From Chiloscyllium plagiosum (Eukaryota): a stretch of 64,000 bases of DNA. Shown here in pieces: positions 37,878 through 51,234 of this stretch; positions within the stretch are counted from its first letter, which is position 1; every line of letters starts with the position of its first letter. The stretch is taken from contig NC_057744.1 of the NCBI RefSeq assembly GCF_004010195.1, positions 29,253,055-29,317,054 on the forward strand, in the 5' to 3' direction. A program made the position numbers and the translations under genes. A model generated the notes under the pieces. It was not told the DNA's origin and did not search any database. It worked only from the letters and a program-made list of their open reading frames with translations.

Positions 37878-38147
37878 ATTAGATTAGATTCCCTACAGTG
37901 TGGAAACAGGCTCTTCGACCCAACAAGACCACACTGACCCTCCGAAGAATAACCCACCCCCCCCTCTGACTAACACACTAACAATAATCACAATTTAGCT
38001 TGGCCCATTCAACTGACCTGCACACCTTTGGAATGTGGGAGGACACCTGGAGGAAACGCACACAGACACAGAGAGAGAATGTGCAAACTCCACACAGACA
38101 GTCACCCAAGGCTGGAATCGAACCTGGGACTCTGGCACTGTGCCGCC
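37878..38147 (-). mobile_element. HE1 SINE
   Basis: ATTAGATTAGATTCCCTACAG tail; GGAATCGAACC B-box reversed. Confidence 0.92.
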
Positions 38148-38302
38148 TGTGTGATGAGCCTCCTGACACTGATCACCCTGAGTGGTTGATTGTCTGTTTC
38201 CAACCCCTGGGCTGGTATCAGAGGTTGTGTTTGACGTACAGTGCTGTCCCCCTGGACAAAAGCTTTCCCTCTTGCCTTGATTGATGCCAAATGACAACTG
38301 TG

Positions 38303-38641
38303 ACAAGCTTCCTGGTTGTGGATTTCACCAGTTTCCTCATTTTCCCTCCCTCTACCTTATCCCAGATCTAACCTTTCAACCCGGCACTGCCCTCTTGATC
38401 TGTCCTACCTATCCATCTTCCTTACCACCTATCCACTCGACCCTCCCCTCTGACCTATCACCATTGCCCTTACCTCCGTCTACCTATTGCACTCTCAGCT
38501 ACCTTCCCCCCAGCTCTATCCCCCTCCCAATTATCTCTCCACCCCATTCTGGATGAAGGGCTTATGCTCAAAACGTCGATTCTCCTGCTCCTTGGATGCT
38601 GCCTGACCAGCTGTGCTTTTCCACCACCATACTCTTCGACT
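38303..38641 (+). mobile_element. PLE 3' UTR plus terminus (family A), decayed hammerhead
   Basis: GTGGATTTCACCAGTTTCC ORF-end, C-rich UTR, TGGATGAAGGGCTTATGCTCAAAACGTCGATTC. Confidence 0.85.
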
Positions 38642-39151
38642 GTTCCTGGTTTTGTGTCTGCACTAAACAGTATGGCACTACGGAAGTAAAATGAGCCTGG
38701 TGATTCTGGTTGAGTGTGCGAAGTACACAAAGACAAGGCAAGGTAGGGGTTCTGTAATTATCCAGGAAATCCCAGGATGAATGATCCCTATGATAGTGAG
38801 TAGAGAGCCTAGAAATGCAATCAGGTCCAGTCCATGAGCTGGGTACACGTCCCTGAGCACACAGTGTACTGGCAGCAGCAATTCTATGTCAGGTGCAGCT
38901 TTGAAGTGCAGAAGCATACTGAAGTGAATCAGAGATGTGCCGTGAGGCTTCTTTGAGGCTGGCACATGTCAGATGTCAAAGGCAATAGATGGTGGATATG
39001 TACAGTCAATGGGCATGTAGTATGCCCTGAGATATTGATGTCCAGAGTCCAACATGTTTTGTTGTAAATTAGTGCTGTAATGGTGTTACATTATTGAAAA
39101 CAGCAATGCTATTACTATACATTGAGTTCTAATAGTCTTGTAGTCAAGAGT

Positions 39152-39422
39152 GAGGCACAGTGGCTCAGTGGTTTGCACCGCTGCCTCACAGCACCGGGGA
39201 CCCGGATTTGATTCCAGCCTCGGGCAATAGTGTGGAATTTCCACTTTCTCCCCGTGTCTGTGTGGCTTTCCATCCACATTCCAAAGATGCGCAGGTTAGG
39301 TGGATTGGCTATGCTAAATTGCCCCATAGTCTTCTGAGATGTGCAGGCTAGGTGGGTTAACTATGGCAAAGTGCGGGGTTACGGGGATAGGATTAGTACA
39401 AACTCGAAAGGCTGAATGGCCT
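39152..39422 (+). mobile_element. HE1 SINE
   Basis: GGCACAGTGGCTCAGTGG head; GGTTAGGTGGATTGGCTATGCTAAATTGCCC core. Confidence 0.92.
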
Positions 39423-39599
39423 TTATTTTTGTAAAAAAAAACGTCTTTCACTATTTCTCCCTTTCTGTCATGATAATGTGAAATGTGCACCTCAAGCAGG
39501 TATTATTTCTCTGGTGTCAATAAATATGAAATAGATTTTTGAATTGTCTTTTACACTATTCCATATTCTTAACTTACAAATATAAATTTCTAATCTATA

Positions 39600-40100
39600 T
39601 GAGAAATACAGAAAAGGGAGAAGGTGGAGGCCATTCGGCCCTTCGAGCCTGCTCTGCCGTTCAATGTATCATGGCTGATCATCCAACTCAGTGCCCTGTT
39701 CCTGCTTTCTCCCCATACCCTTTGATCCTTTTAATCCTAAGAACCCTACCTAACCTCTCCTTGAAAATGTTAAGTTTTGGCCTCAACCACTTTCTATGAC
39801 AGAATTCCACAGTCTTATCACTCTCTGGTGACAACATTTCTCTTCATCTCAATCCTAAATGGTCTGCCCCGTCTCCTTAGACTGTCACACCTGGTTGTGA
39901 ATTCCCTGGTCATCAAGAATATCTTTTCTGCATTTACCCTGTATAGTCCATTTAGAGATTTTATCAGTTTCTGTGAGACTCCCCCCATATTCCTCTAAAC
40001 CAGTGAATATCATCCTAACAGATCCAGTCTCTCTTCATATATCAGTTCTGTCAACCCAGGAGTGAGTCTGATAAAGCTTTGTTGCATTTCCTCTGTAGAA
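39600..40100 (-). mobile_element. CR1 3' fragment
   Basis: GGCCATTCGGCCCTTCGAGCCTGCTC tail; SFIRLTPGLTELIYEERLDLLG. Confidence 0.88.
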
Positions 40101-40624
40101 ATATTGACTGCCAGAAGTGAGGTCAGCTGGTGGGAGCTGCTTGGAAGGAAGATGTGCAGAGGTTGTAAGAAGGAAATGTCTTTTATAAAAGGGTATAAGG
40201 TGAATATCATTTGGCATATTTTCTGTATCATCCTATCACTCAGTATGTATCCTTGACATGTCTCCATAGCAATAAGATAGCAGACCATGTTAATCTGTGA
40301 GCACACTGGGTAGAAAACGTGTCTTTGATGTTCACCCAGATGTTGTGTTTTGATTGCAATTTCTCAGTGTAGATATATTGTTCGAACTGATCCTGGTCAC
40401 TTTGATGGATGATACTTGGCCCCTTGTATTGGTGAGATTTTAGTTATGATTTATAATCAACGTCTCTCCTCTCAGTTCTGAGAACTGGTCAGATCTGTGC
40501 AGTTAGTATCATCATTTGATTGCAGACCCAGCAACTGAGCCAGGAATATCACCAGTCCATGGAATCAGCAGAAAATGATGATATCACTTCTTTTACTTTT
40601 CATCCTTCTTATGATCCAACATAA

Positions 40625-42570
40625 TGCTATGACTGGCCCAGTGAGAATCCCACAATGAAGTTTGGCTTGATAGATCTTTTACTAAATGTGGGGCAGTCTT
40701 TCAACCTAATATAAGCACGCAAGATTTGGTTTTTACAATAAAACAAAAGTTTATTAAGCAAAAAATTACAAAAGCAAAATAAAACAGACCAAAATATTTA
40801 CTTGTAACACCTTTTGAAATATTTCAAAACACATAGAGCACAATCCTATCTATTCATTAACTAACATTTTGCAGTCAAATACATAAAAAGTTTCCTTTCT
40901 TGTCCAGTCTGTAGGTTTGACTTAATTAACATAAATCTCCACATTACAAATAAACATTCATTAACACTACAGAGATCCTTGCAGTCACCTGCTCTCTCTC
41001 TGCCTCATGCTGGTTTTAAAGTCATAATTCCAATGAGACTGATATAAATAACTTTTAAATGCCTTCATAAAAATACAACAACACTCATATGCCACTGGTT
41101 TGAAATCCAAACTCCCTTTCATCAGACCACAAAAGTTGTGATGTATTTTTTACATGTTGGATCTATGCAGACATAACAAACCAGAAACTTTATTTCAATG
41201 AGGTTTGTGCCATGCTTTAAAATATTTATTCTATTGTTCTAGATTTAGTTACAGCTGTGTTCGTAGAACAATTGAATGCTACATATAGAAATACTGCCAT
41301 AACCATATTAAGTTGGTCCACTGAGAGGTCTGTGAACCATAAATTTGAACAGCTCATTTAGCCACCTTTCAGTTTGATGCACAACTTCTGCTAAAATTTC
41401 TAAGCAAAAGATTCATACAGTTATTAGCTGAAATTTTCAGGAACAAAACTTAAAAGTAGGGACAGATAAAAGCTACTTAGAATATTGAAGGTAAAATCAG
41501 TGTGTTGTGTTTGAATGCTGTTGTTTCCTTGAAGATTTGCTTTCTAAAATAAAGGTATTGAAAACTTCTAAGTGAGAGTTCAGCAGCTATGATGGCTTTT
41601 GTATTTGCACACGTGGAGGTTGATTGCACTCATTGGTTTAGTTAGTGGAGAAGGAGACAGGACAGTGAGACAAAGTTTTGTTTTCTCACTAGTTCTCCGG
41701 TTATGACATTTGCATGTTGTTGGGACCCTATCAAAGGTCTATAGTACTTTATTTATACTTTCATGGGATGAAGACATTGTTAGCAAGGGCAGCTTTTGTT
41801 GCCCATTCCTAATTGCACTTGAACTTTTGTGGGTTGCTAGGACATTTCAAAGTTTAGTCTGGAGCCACGTGTATGCTCAACTTGGTAAGGACAGCAGATT
41901 TATTTCCCAAGCAAACATTAATGAAGCAAATCGGTTTTTACAACAATTGATATTGGTCATGGTCACAAATACTGATTTTAGCTTTATATTTCCAAGTTAT
42001 TGATTGGTCAAATCCTTCCAGTTGCCTTGGTGGGATTTGAACACATGCTTCTGAAGTACTAGCTTGAGTGTTTGGATTACAACTCCAATGCCAGTACAAT
42101 TATGCCACCACATCCCCCCTAAAAATCCTTTTGAAAGCCCATTGCACTTGTTTTATCTTTGGCTTAGAACTCTGTCTTTTAGGGTATCTCTCGGAGTCCT
42201 TTCTTGTATCCTACTGTAAAAACAGCTCAAAAATGTATAAAACTTAAGATGGCTGAACTGTGAACTTGGATGAATCATGATTGCACAAAACAAAGTCAGT
42301 TATGCTGGAATTCCTGTCTCCTGTTTTCTGAGAAACTTTCACATTTTTAGAAGGGCCCATTCTGCTTACTAATGTTAATCAAAATCTAAATGCCTCCCAT
42401 TGTGATCGACGCAGAGATGACACATCAGTCTGTCTGCTATTTTGCTATCCATAGATCAACAAAAATAGCCACATGAGTTTTGGGAACCACCTTATAAGAT
42501 GTCCATTTCTAAAATTTCTGATTAACCTTCTTTAAAAAATGTTTAATATTATAATTAAATAGTCATGACG
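40625..42570. mobile_element. Possible degraded LTR-like element(s) with nested SINE
   Basis: TGCTATGAC at 40625 and GTCATGAC near 42562; AAGTTTATT and composition similar to the 9251 LTR; no TSD seen. Confidence 0.3.
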
Positions 42571-42660
42571 CCTTCAAACACAAAAAGAGGTTATTCCAAT
42601 TCTCAAAATAGCCTTGCACCCTTACTTTCTGCATATATCTCCCTACTTGTAAAACAACAC

Positions 42661-43705
42661 GATTTGGAGATGCCAGTGTTAGACTGGGGTATACAAAGTT
42701 AAAAATCACACAACACCAGGTTATAGTCCAATTTATAGTCCAACAGGTTTATCTGAAAGCACGAGCTTTTGGAGCACTGTTCCTTCATCAAGTGGTTGTG
42801 GAGTATAAGATTGTAAGACACACAGAATTTATAGCAAAAGTTTTCAGTGTGATGCAACTGAGATGATATATTGGAAAAGACCTAGATTGTTTGTTAAGTG
42901 TCTCATCTTTTAGAATGACCATGTTGGTTTCAGTTCTTTCATATGTGAATCCCAGAACTTTATTTTGAAGTTACATTCTCAAGCAAACTTTAACAATAGG
43001 TGCCATGTCAGTTCAGACAATGCATTGAAGGTGTGAGATTAATGTCTGTCTGTCTGTGTCCAGACAGATTGTCAAACTGATTCTATTCCTTTAAAATAAG
43101 GGGATTTACAGAATCTTACATGGATTCATGCAGTTTTTGAGCAAAATAAAATGTAATTCTGCAATTACAAACTCACCTCACCAACTTATATTTGTGTTTG
43201 TGCATGTGGGTGTGTGGGGGAGGGTGTTGAGTGTCTGTGAGAGTGTGTGTGTTTGTGTATGTGTGTGAGTGTAAAGGGGTATAAGTCTGTGAGAGGGTGT
43301 ATGTGTGAGTGTGGGAGTGTATGAGAAAGAGCTTGTGTATGAGAGAGGATCTACATGTTTCGTGTGTGTGTGTGTGCATGTGCGTGCGTGTATGTGTGTG
43401 TCAGTGTGTGCGTAGTGCAGTGAGGTCACCTGTAGTATGACATTAACTCAAGGTCCCAGCTGGGTATCGAACTTGGCTATCAGCCTCTGCTCAGCCACTT
43501 TGCGTTGTTGCCTGTCCCGAAGTCTGCCTTGGAGGATAGTCACCCAAAGGTCCAGGTCGAATATCCTGGACAACTGAAGTGTTCCCTGACTGGGAGGGAA
43601 CACGCCTTATACTTCACAACCACCTGATGAAGGAACAGTGCTCCAAATGCTAGTGCTTCCAAATAACTCTGTTAGACTATAACCTGCTGTTGTGTGATTT
43701 TTAAC
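42661..43705 (-). mobile_element. Penelope-like element 3' portion (family B) with an inverted terminal copy
   Basis: Minus strand 43606-43460 encodes SLPVREHFSCPGYS/DLWVTILQGRLRDRQQRKVAEQRLIAKFDT (C-terminal half of a GIY-YIG endonuclease); CA-rich UTR; terminal repeat 42661-42810 inverted at 43607-43705; decayed hammerheads near 42765-42791 (-) and 43624-43652 (+). Confidence 0.88.
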
Positions 43706-43859
43706 CAAAAATAGCAAATTTGCAAACTGAAGGATGACACCTACTGTTCTAACAAAACTCTTTGAACCATTGAGTAGATGCTCTAAGTTCAAGACATATG
43801 ACATAAAATTGTATCTCCAATTTCAGAAAATATCTTCCCCTGTCCATGCCCTTCACATT

Positions 43860-44636
43860 GTATTGAATTTATTGTCATGTGCACCGAGGCACAGTAAAAT
43901 GCTTTGTCTTGCGAGCAATACAGGCAGATCACATAGTTAAGTAGCATAGATAGTAAATAATAGGTAAACAGTGGCAAAAACAAAAACACAGATACAGGTG
44001 AACTTTAAGAGTTTGTGAGTCCATTTAGTATTCTAACAACAGTAGGGTAGAAACTGTTTCGAAACTGCCTGGTGCTTGTGTCCAGGCTTCTGTACCTTCT
44101 CCCCGATGGTAGAGGTTGTAGAAAAACATTGCCAGGGTGGGATGGATCTTTGAGAATGCTTGCGGCCTTTCCTTGACAACGGGCCTGGTAGATGGATTCC
44201 ATAGATGGGAGGTTGGCCTTTGTGATTGTCGTTGAAAAGTCTGGTGCTGGAAAAGCACAGCAGGCCAGGCAGCATCCGAGGAGCAGGAGAATCGACGTTT
44301 CAGGCATAAGCCCTTCTCCTGAAGAAGGGCTTATGCCCAAAGCGTCGATTCTCCTGCTCCTCAGATGCTGCCTGGCCTGCTGCGCTTTTCCAGCACCACA
44401 CTTTTCAACTCTGGTCTCCAGCATCTGCAGTCCTCACTTTCTCCTTTGTGATTGTCCAGGCCGAGTTCACCACTCTCTGTGACTGTCTCCGATCTTAAAT
44501 GGTACAGCTGCCATACCAGACAGAATGCCCTCGATGGCGCACCTATAAAAATGGCAAGGGTATTTGCCGTCATGCCAAATTTCCTCAGCTGCCTAAGGAA
44601 GAAGAGACGTTGTTGGGCCTTTGTAACCAGTGCGTC
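43860..44636 (-). mobile_element. Rex1/Babar-type LINE 3' fragment
   Basis: KAQQRLFFLRQLRKFG and ILKDPSHPG..LPSGRRYRS..FRNSFYP..RILN motifs; CACATT TSD at 43854-43859 and 44637-44642. Confidence 0.88.
44231..44442. mobile_element. PLE fold-back insertion (family A) inside Rex1
   Basis: About 87-bp inverted arms meeting at CTGAAGA 44319-44325; perfect 14-bp TSD CCTTTGTGATTGTC at 44217-44230 and 44443-44456. Confidence 0.92.
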
Positions 44637-45334
44637 CACATTTCAAGGCAAGGCAGTTGGAGAACTCCAAGACGTTCTTTCAGAAGAGCTTACAACTAGA
44701 AATTGTTGATTTCTAACTGCCCTCAGGGGATAGATATCCACCACTTCTCAAGATATTGATTCTATAGAGTGCGTGAGAGATCCTGTCAAACCATCCCTAG
44801 CCTGTTCCCCCTACTTTCACCATCTCCAGCTTTTAGGAGTGATGTTCCAAACTTCAGTAAAGATGGGGAGTGTGTGATGATGACAGAGTGTGTGCAACAG
44901 TCGGTAAGGTAGTCGAGTCAGAAATTATACTGTACATAACAATGTAGGCAGTAGATATTATATGATAAATTTATGTAATTATATGCTTTGGGTACCTGCT
45001 ATACCATCAATCAATAAATATGTAATAATATGTTCAGTCCATATATTACACAGTGGCACAGGTGTTGAATATTATGTAATGCTATAGAATTATTGCTGAA
45101 AGAGAAGACACGCTATTAAAAATGTTCATCTGCACTCATCAGAGCAGATGCAAGCTTATTAAATTCAAAACAAGCAACAGTTTATGCTGCATGAGAAATG
45201 GGTACTGATTGTTTAGCTAACTATAAGTCCAAAATTTTTGAAAACATGTCTCTTCTTTAGCAATTCGCACATTCTGTAGCCCATGAGATGATTCTGCATT
45301 ATGTGGTAACACCAAATTGAAACTGATTGAAACT

Positions 45335-45695
45335 TACAGAATACTGAACAGCTTGGACAGGGTGGACGTTGGAAAGATGTTTCCATTGGCATGAGAGACG
45401 AGGACCCGAAAGCACCGCCTTAGAGTAAAGGGAAGGCCTTTTAAGGTGATAAGGAGAAACTTCTTTAGCCAGATAGTGGTGAATCTGTGGAATTCATTGC
45501 CACAGAAGGCTGTGGAGGCCAGGTCATTGAGTATATTTAAAACAGAGATAGATAAGTTCTTGACTGCCAAGGGGATCAAAGGTTACAGGGAGAAAGTGGG
45601 AAAATGGGGTTGAAAAACCTATCAGCCATGATTGAAAGACAGAGCAGACTTGATGGGCCAAATAGCCTAACTTCTGCTCCAGTGTCTTAGGTCTT
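45335..45695 (+). mobile_element. CR1 3' fragment
   Basis: RRNFFSQIVVNLWNSLPQKAVEA by hand translation; CTTCTGCTCC..TCTTAGGTCTTA tail. Confidence 0.9.
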
Positions 45696-48600
45696 ATTCA
45701 TGTATCTTAACTAAACATATATTCTTATTATACAATTGGCCTATTTTATATCAGAACAATGTATGTTCCTATTGTAGGGCAATCAGTATAAAGTGGTGTA
45801 TGAAGAAATTGTTTCATGATGATATATTCAATGTTTATGTTCTACTGTATAGAGTTGGGATATGTTTTGCAGCAATATGTTAACCATGTACAAAAATGGT
45901 TTTGTAATAAAGCAGCTGAACAGTGGCAATGACCTTGAGAGTTGGCACAGGACTATAAATTACCCCAAAGATTATTTCTGACCTTATTTTCCTGTGTCCT
46001 ATATCCTGTACAGTCAGACTTAGACTTAGACTAAAATGATGTCATTAATTTTTAATGTGCCCCCACTTCTTCCTTAAAACCCTCATTGGTGTTGTTTTCG
46101 TCAATGCGGTTTTATTCTGCTGCATTTACTAAGGGCTACATAGCACCAGGGATCGTCAATGCAAGATTCCGAATCTCTGTGCATTCTCCTTACTCTCATT
46201 TCAAGGCAATGCTGTTGGAGACCTCCAAGGCATTCTTTAGACAGGGCTTCCAGCTAGGAAGTGTTGATTTCTAACTGCCAGGAAAGAGTTCATTTCCAAA
46301 ACATGGAACCTTTGGAAGCCCACTGGACATAGTGTATACTACACAGTTTGCTTAATCTAAATGAAGTAGGTCCCTAAAAACTCATCAGACAAGCCAAAGA
46401 GTGGCAGGTTCAATTCCAGATCTGCACTGAGTAAGGTAGCAGCTGAGGAACTTAATCCCGATAGGAAAGTGGGTGCTAAAGAGAACTTCCTTTCTCTAAT
46501 CATTATCCAGAGAATGCTGCTATACTCCTAAACTCTAACTTGTGAATATTCAAACATTGATTCCTGTATGAAGAATACACGTTTGTACATAGTACAAAAT
46601 GGCTTTAGGTGTCCTTACAATTATATCTCATCAAAAGTATTGACTGAGACATTGAGTTTTGCCATGTGGCCAACTAAAATGATAAGCACCAAACATCAAC
46701 ACACTTCCAGCCAGCAATGGGTTGCCTGACATATCTCGGGTAGATACAAGCAAGAGATGACCTGCACAAGGCCTAAAGTAGGCATTAGGCCCTCTACATG
46801 TTAAAGGTATGTACATATAGGTCTAAGATATTCACATATCCCTGAAGAGATCAAACATCCTTCCTGACGCATAAGAGTCCCTCACCTGTGACTCATCAAA
46901 ATTGGGAAGCTTAATTTGTAAAAGCACTGGGCACATTGACCATATTCATGGAGAACACCCAGTGGGGAAGTCAAGATGTCATGAGAAAGAACCTCTAACC
47001 ATTATAATTACCCAAATTTGCATAAACCACTTGGCCAATGTTCGGAAGAGTCCCAGATCACACATTGAACTCATCAGCTATCTTAAACCCTATCCAAATA
47101 CAGTGGAAGCAGTCAACCTCAATTGCAGAGGACTAGCTAAGATAATTAAGAACATATTGAAAGTCCTACATGCAATGAGACTGCTCTCTCATTAGAGAGA
47201 GAAAGAGAAGACTGATGATGGTTTAACCTGAGGGTCACTATGCCTCAGGCAAGGGGAAAGGTTGAGAAGAAGAATCCTCATGGTAACCTCAGCTGGCATG
47301 GGAATTGAGCCCATGCTGTTGGTATCACAAACAAACTGAGCTAACCAGCCTCCTGCAATCCAAAGCAGCATTAGAGGACGATGAACAACCTAGTATATTT
47401 TATTGGTAAATATAATTTGCACAACCCGGAAAGCATGAGAAGTGTTACTAGTCATCAGGGCAGGCTTGGGGCTCATTCTCTTATGAGTGGCATTGGGTAA
47501 GCTGTACATTGGAGGGACTTCTTGGCTTTGGGTGGCTTGGCAGGATTTGTCCCTATATATTGTTCAGGGTTACTAACTCCGACTGTCAAGGTTTGAAGGC
47601 TTTGCTGTGGTTGCCAGTTCTCCATCTTACATTGGTCTGGCTGGCAAGGGAATTGAGGAGGCTAGAGAATGGCAGCACAGGTGATGATCAGGGTACTGTG
47701 CATTAGGGCCATTTTCTTCTGTGTGTTTTATCCAAGGGGACAGTTTCTTGATGACCTGCTTTGTGTGCGTTTCACTGGGACCTGCTTGTTGTGGATGGGG
47801 ACAATCCACCTCTATAGTCCAACTCATTGAGATCTCGAGAGTTGGGTAAGGTAAACAACAAGCAGTTTACTACATCACTTTACACAATATACAAGTGCTG
47901 TGAGTTCTCTGTCAGTGCTATGGATCTTGCTAAAAAACCTCCAAAGTCTCTCCAGTCAGTCTGAGTGACAGACTCACACTGGGAGATGCTAACTCTTCTG
48001 TCAGATTTAAACCTTTCAGACTCATATTCAGGGCCTTTGGCACTCAACGCTCATCCAACATCAAATGTTGGGGCAAAGGTGGAGAAGTTTCTTCATGTGA
48101 CTCCATTTCTAGCAGCATTTGATTTGGAGACATACTACAAACCACTGAGAAAGCAACATTGCAGATCATTGACCGAAGCATTATGCGAATGCATTCTCCC
48201 CATGGTGCTGATGGGAAATTTGATTGGTTAATCTATTGGCAGTGGCTGGAAATATGCCATTTTATTTCTTTGCAACACTCTTCCATTTCACTCTCAGGAG
48301 TTTCAGAACTATTTGAGCAAACCAATGAAGAGAAATAGCAATCCCACTAAGTCCAAGAACTTCCCAGACCAGCCGAAGAGCTGTCTTACTTACAAGATAT
48401 CATTAGCATTTTGCAATATAAATGTTTTCAAAAACCTGATTGAATGTCAATTCCTACACCAATAGTGCCCCAGGCTGGTTGAAATGTACGGAAGTGGAAC
48501 ATCCTTTAGATATACAAGCAATGGTATAAACAATAGAACAATACATTTGCAGCCCACTGTTAAAATCAGAATGAGCCAAAAAATGAGTGCCAGAGGGAAA

Positions 48601-48951
48601 ACACAGTAAAATAAAATCAGTAATGTTGAGAACTGAGCGCACTGGTTGTATTGAACCTCCATTTTATAGTATAAAAGACCCAGTCTGTCTCAATCATCAA
48701 TTTTACTGGCTTTTTATTCTGTGTGGCCAGACACCATCTTTAAATAAAGTGTTAAATATTTGTGCAGCAAATATTTAGAACGTTCCAAAGCAATTTGCAA
48801 TAATAATCTTTTGAAATGTAATCACTCCAGAGGTAGAAATGTGAGCAATCAATTTATGCACAGCAAGATCCCACAATCAGCTGTGGGACAGTGACCAGGT
48901 CTTTTATGTTAATACTGCTGATAAATATTGCTCAGAGCACCAGGGAAAGTA

Positions 48952-49267
48952 TGGTGGCCTGGTGGCTCAGTGGTTAGCACTGTTGCCTCACAGTGCCTGG
49001 AACCAAGGTTCAATTCTGGTCTTGGGTGACTGTCTGTGTGGAATTTGAATGTTCACCCTGTATCTGTGTGAGTTTCCTGGCACAATCCAAAGATGTGCAA
49101 ATTAGATGGATTGGTCATGCTGAATTTCCCATAGTGCCCAGGGATGTGTGGGTTAGATGAATCAGCCATGGATAAAGCAGGTATATGGGGCAGGTTTGGG
49201 TAGGATTCTCGTCAGTATGGATGTAATGGGTTGAATTGCCTGCTTCTGCACTGTAGGGATTCTATGA
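48952..49267 (+). mobile_element. HE1 SINE
   Basis: GGTGGCTCAGTGGTTAGCACTG head, GGGATTCTATGA tail. Confidence 0.92.
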
Positions 49268-49309
49268 ACTCCCACGCTCCTCTTTAACACAATGCCATGG
49301 GATCTCCTT

Positions 49310-50000
49310 GAATGTTGTCAAACAGAGAGACCTAGGGGGTCTGCTACGTAGCTCTTGGAAAGCTGTGTCGCAAGTAGACATTGGTAAAGAAGGGGATGGC
49401 ACACTTAATTTCTTTGCTCAGAATATAGGAGTTGGGACATCATGTTGCAGTTGTACAGGACATTAGTGAGGTCAGTTTAGGAGGACAGTGTGCAGTTCTG
49501 GTTGCCCTGCGGTAAGGAAGGAGATTACTAAATTGGAGAGGATTCAGAAAAGATTTACCAGGATGTTACCGGGACTGGCGGATTTGTGTTCTAAGGAGAG
49601 GCTGGATAAGATGGGACTTCTTTCACTGGAGCATAGGAAGTTGAGGGGTGACCTTATAGATGTTTATAAAATCATGAGGGACGTAGGTAAGGTGTATATT
49701 TTCCCCAGGTAGGAGTTCAAAACAAGGGGCCATAATTTTAAGATGAGAGAAGAAATATTTAAAAGGGACCTGTGGGGAAACTTTTTCAAACAGACAGTGG
49801 AACAAAACGTCAGAGGAGTAGTAGATGTAGGTACAGTCACAACATTTAAAAATCATTTAGACAGGTATATGAATAAAAAAGGTTGAGAAGGATATGGGCC
49901 AAACTCAGTCAAATAGGTTTTGTTTTGTTTGGGAAACTTGGTCGGCATGGATGAATTGGACTGAAGGGTCTATTTCCCTGTTGTATGATTCTTTGATTCT
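49310..50000 (+). mobile_element. CR1/HER1 3' fragment
   Basis: [35 protein letters not shown]. Confidence 0.92.
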
Positions 50001-51234
50001 ATGGCAGATGAGGACTTGGTTCAGGTTTCATTCTAAAGACAAAATTTACAGCAATGCAGCACTCCCTCAGTACTGCGTTATGTGTGTTAGCCTATAAAAT
50101 GCGCTGAAGCCTCTGGGGTAGAACTTGAACTCATAAATATTTTTACTCAGAAGAAAGACAGAAAGCATTTTCTCCCAATGCAATTGGGCAATGAAATAAA
50201 TATAGGAAAAGTAACAGTATAATAAACTTCCTCCTGATCTGACCAACATCTGTGAGGAATGTGGTTTCTCAGTTATTGTCGGAATCCAAACATGTACCAC
50301 AGAACCCTACACCACCAGGCAGCCGGCTGCTTTTGTTTCTCTTCAAACTAACAGGAACCTGCTGTCAGCCCCAAGAGCCACAAAAAGCAAGTGACCTATA
50401 ACATTACCTCGTCGACATCATTAAACACATTCACTGCTGGGTTTTTTTTTGCCTCTCCTGACAGGCAAACTCTCCTTTGCTAATTATGACCGAAGCAAAC
50501 CTTACACTCCCGAATCGATCTGATCTAGAGAGCATTCACAAGCAGCTAAATCCCCCACATAAAGCGTTCTGAATAAAATATTAATCCAGCATCCTCCAAA
50601 AGCACCTCTCAAGGTCACAGACCTGAAATTGCTGCTGAAGCTCTGAGTTTACAATCCGAGATGAGAAGCGTGCTCCATTCACTCTTACGGATGTTGGCTC
50701 ATGTTTAATTTTGGATCACATTTTCGCTTTCCCAATCTTTTTATCTTCCTTGTCGCCTGTGGCCTCTCCGAAAATTTGAAGCTGAAATCATACCTTCTCT
50801 TTCTTTGGTAGTGTTGTCAAAACATTGACTTTTTCTTTTATGTTAGCTCCCAGCAAAAAGAAGGCAAGAATCAATATGCTGATAAATATTACATGAGCTG
50901 CTGGATGGCAGTGCACTGTGTGTTCAATGGCTTGTACCTGCTGACACCATGCTTCAGGAGAAAAACACAAGCTATTTTCTTCTTGCTAAGTTGCCTTTCT
51001 AAGCCAAGATTGGTTAGCGGGAAGGTGTATAGGTTTGTGTATGTGTGTTTTCATGGGTTTTGTGTGCACAGAGGAGGAAAGTCTTTGAAGGCATTTGTGA
51101 TAGCTGCCTCTCAGTGCATGTTGGAACCTGCACAAATTATAACATGTAATACCTTTTCAGGTTGAGCTCTTTCAAACGGAGCTGGGACTTGGATGAAGAG
51201 CCAAAACAAACAGAATTGCAGTTACTGTTTTTTA

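Larger units (their letters stand above)
48765..50150 (-). mobile_element. SacSINE1/DeuSINE-like SINE split by HE1 and CR1 insertions
   Basis: Pieces 48765-48948, 49268-49306 and 50001-50150 are collinear with the copy at 28990. Confidence 0.65.

Noticed and set aside
43173-43429. His/Thr-rich ORFs (also 22322-22558)
   Set aside because: Translations of CA/TG low-complexity DNA
44005-44424. 139-aa ORF as a novel fusion protein
   Set aside because: Chance read-through from the palindromic insert into the Rex1 C-terminus; no real start context
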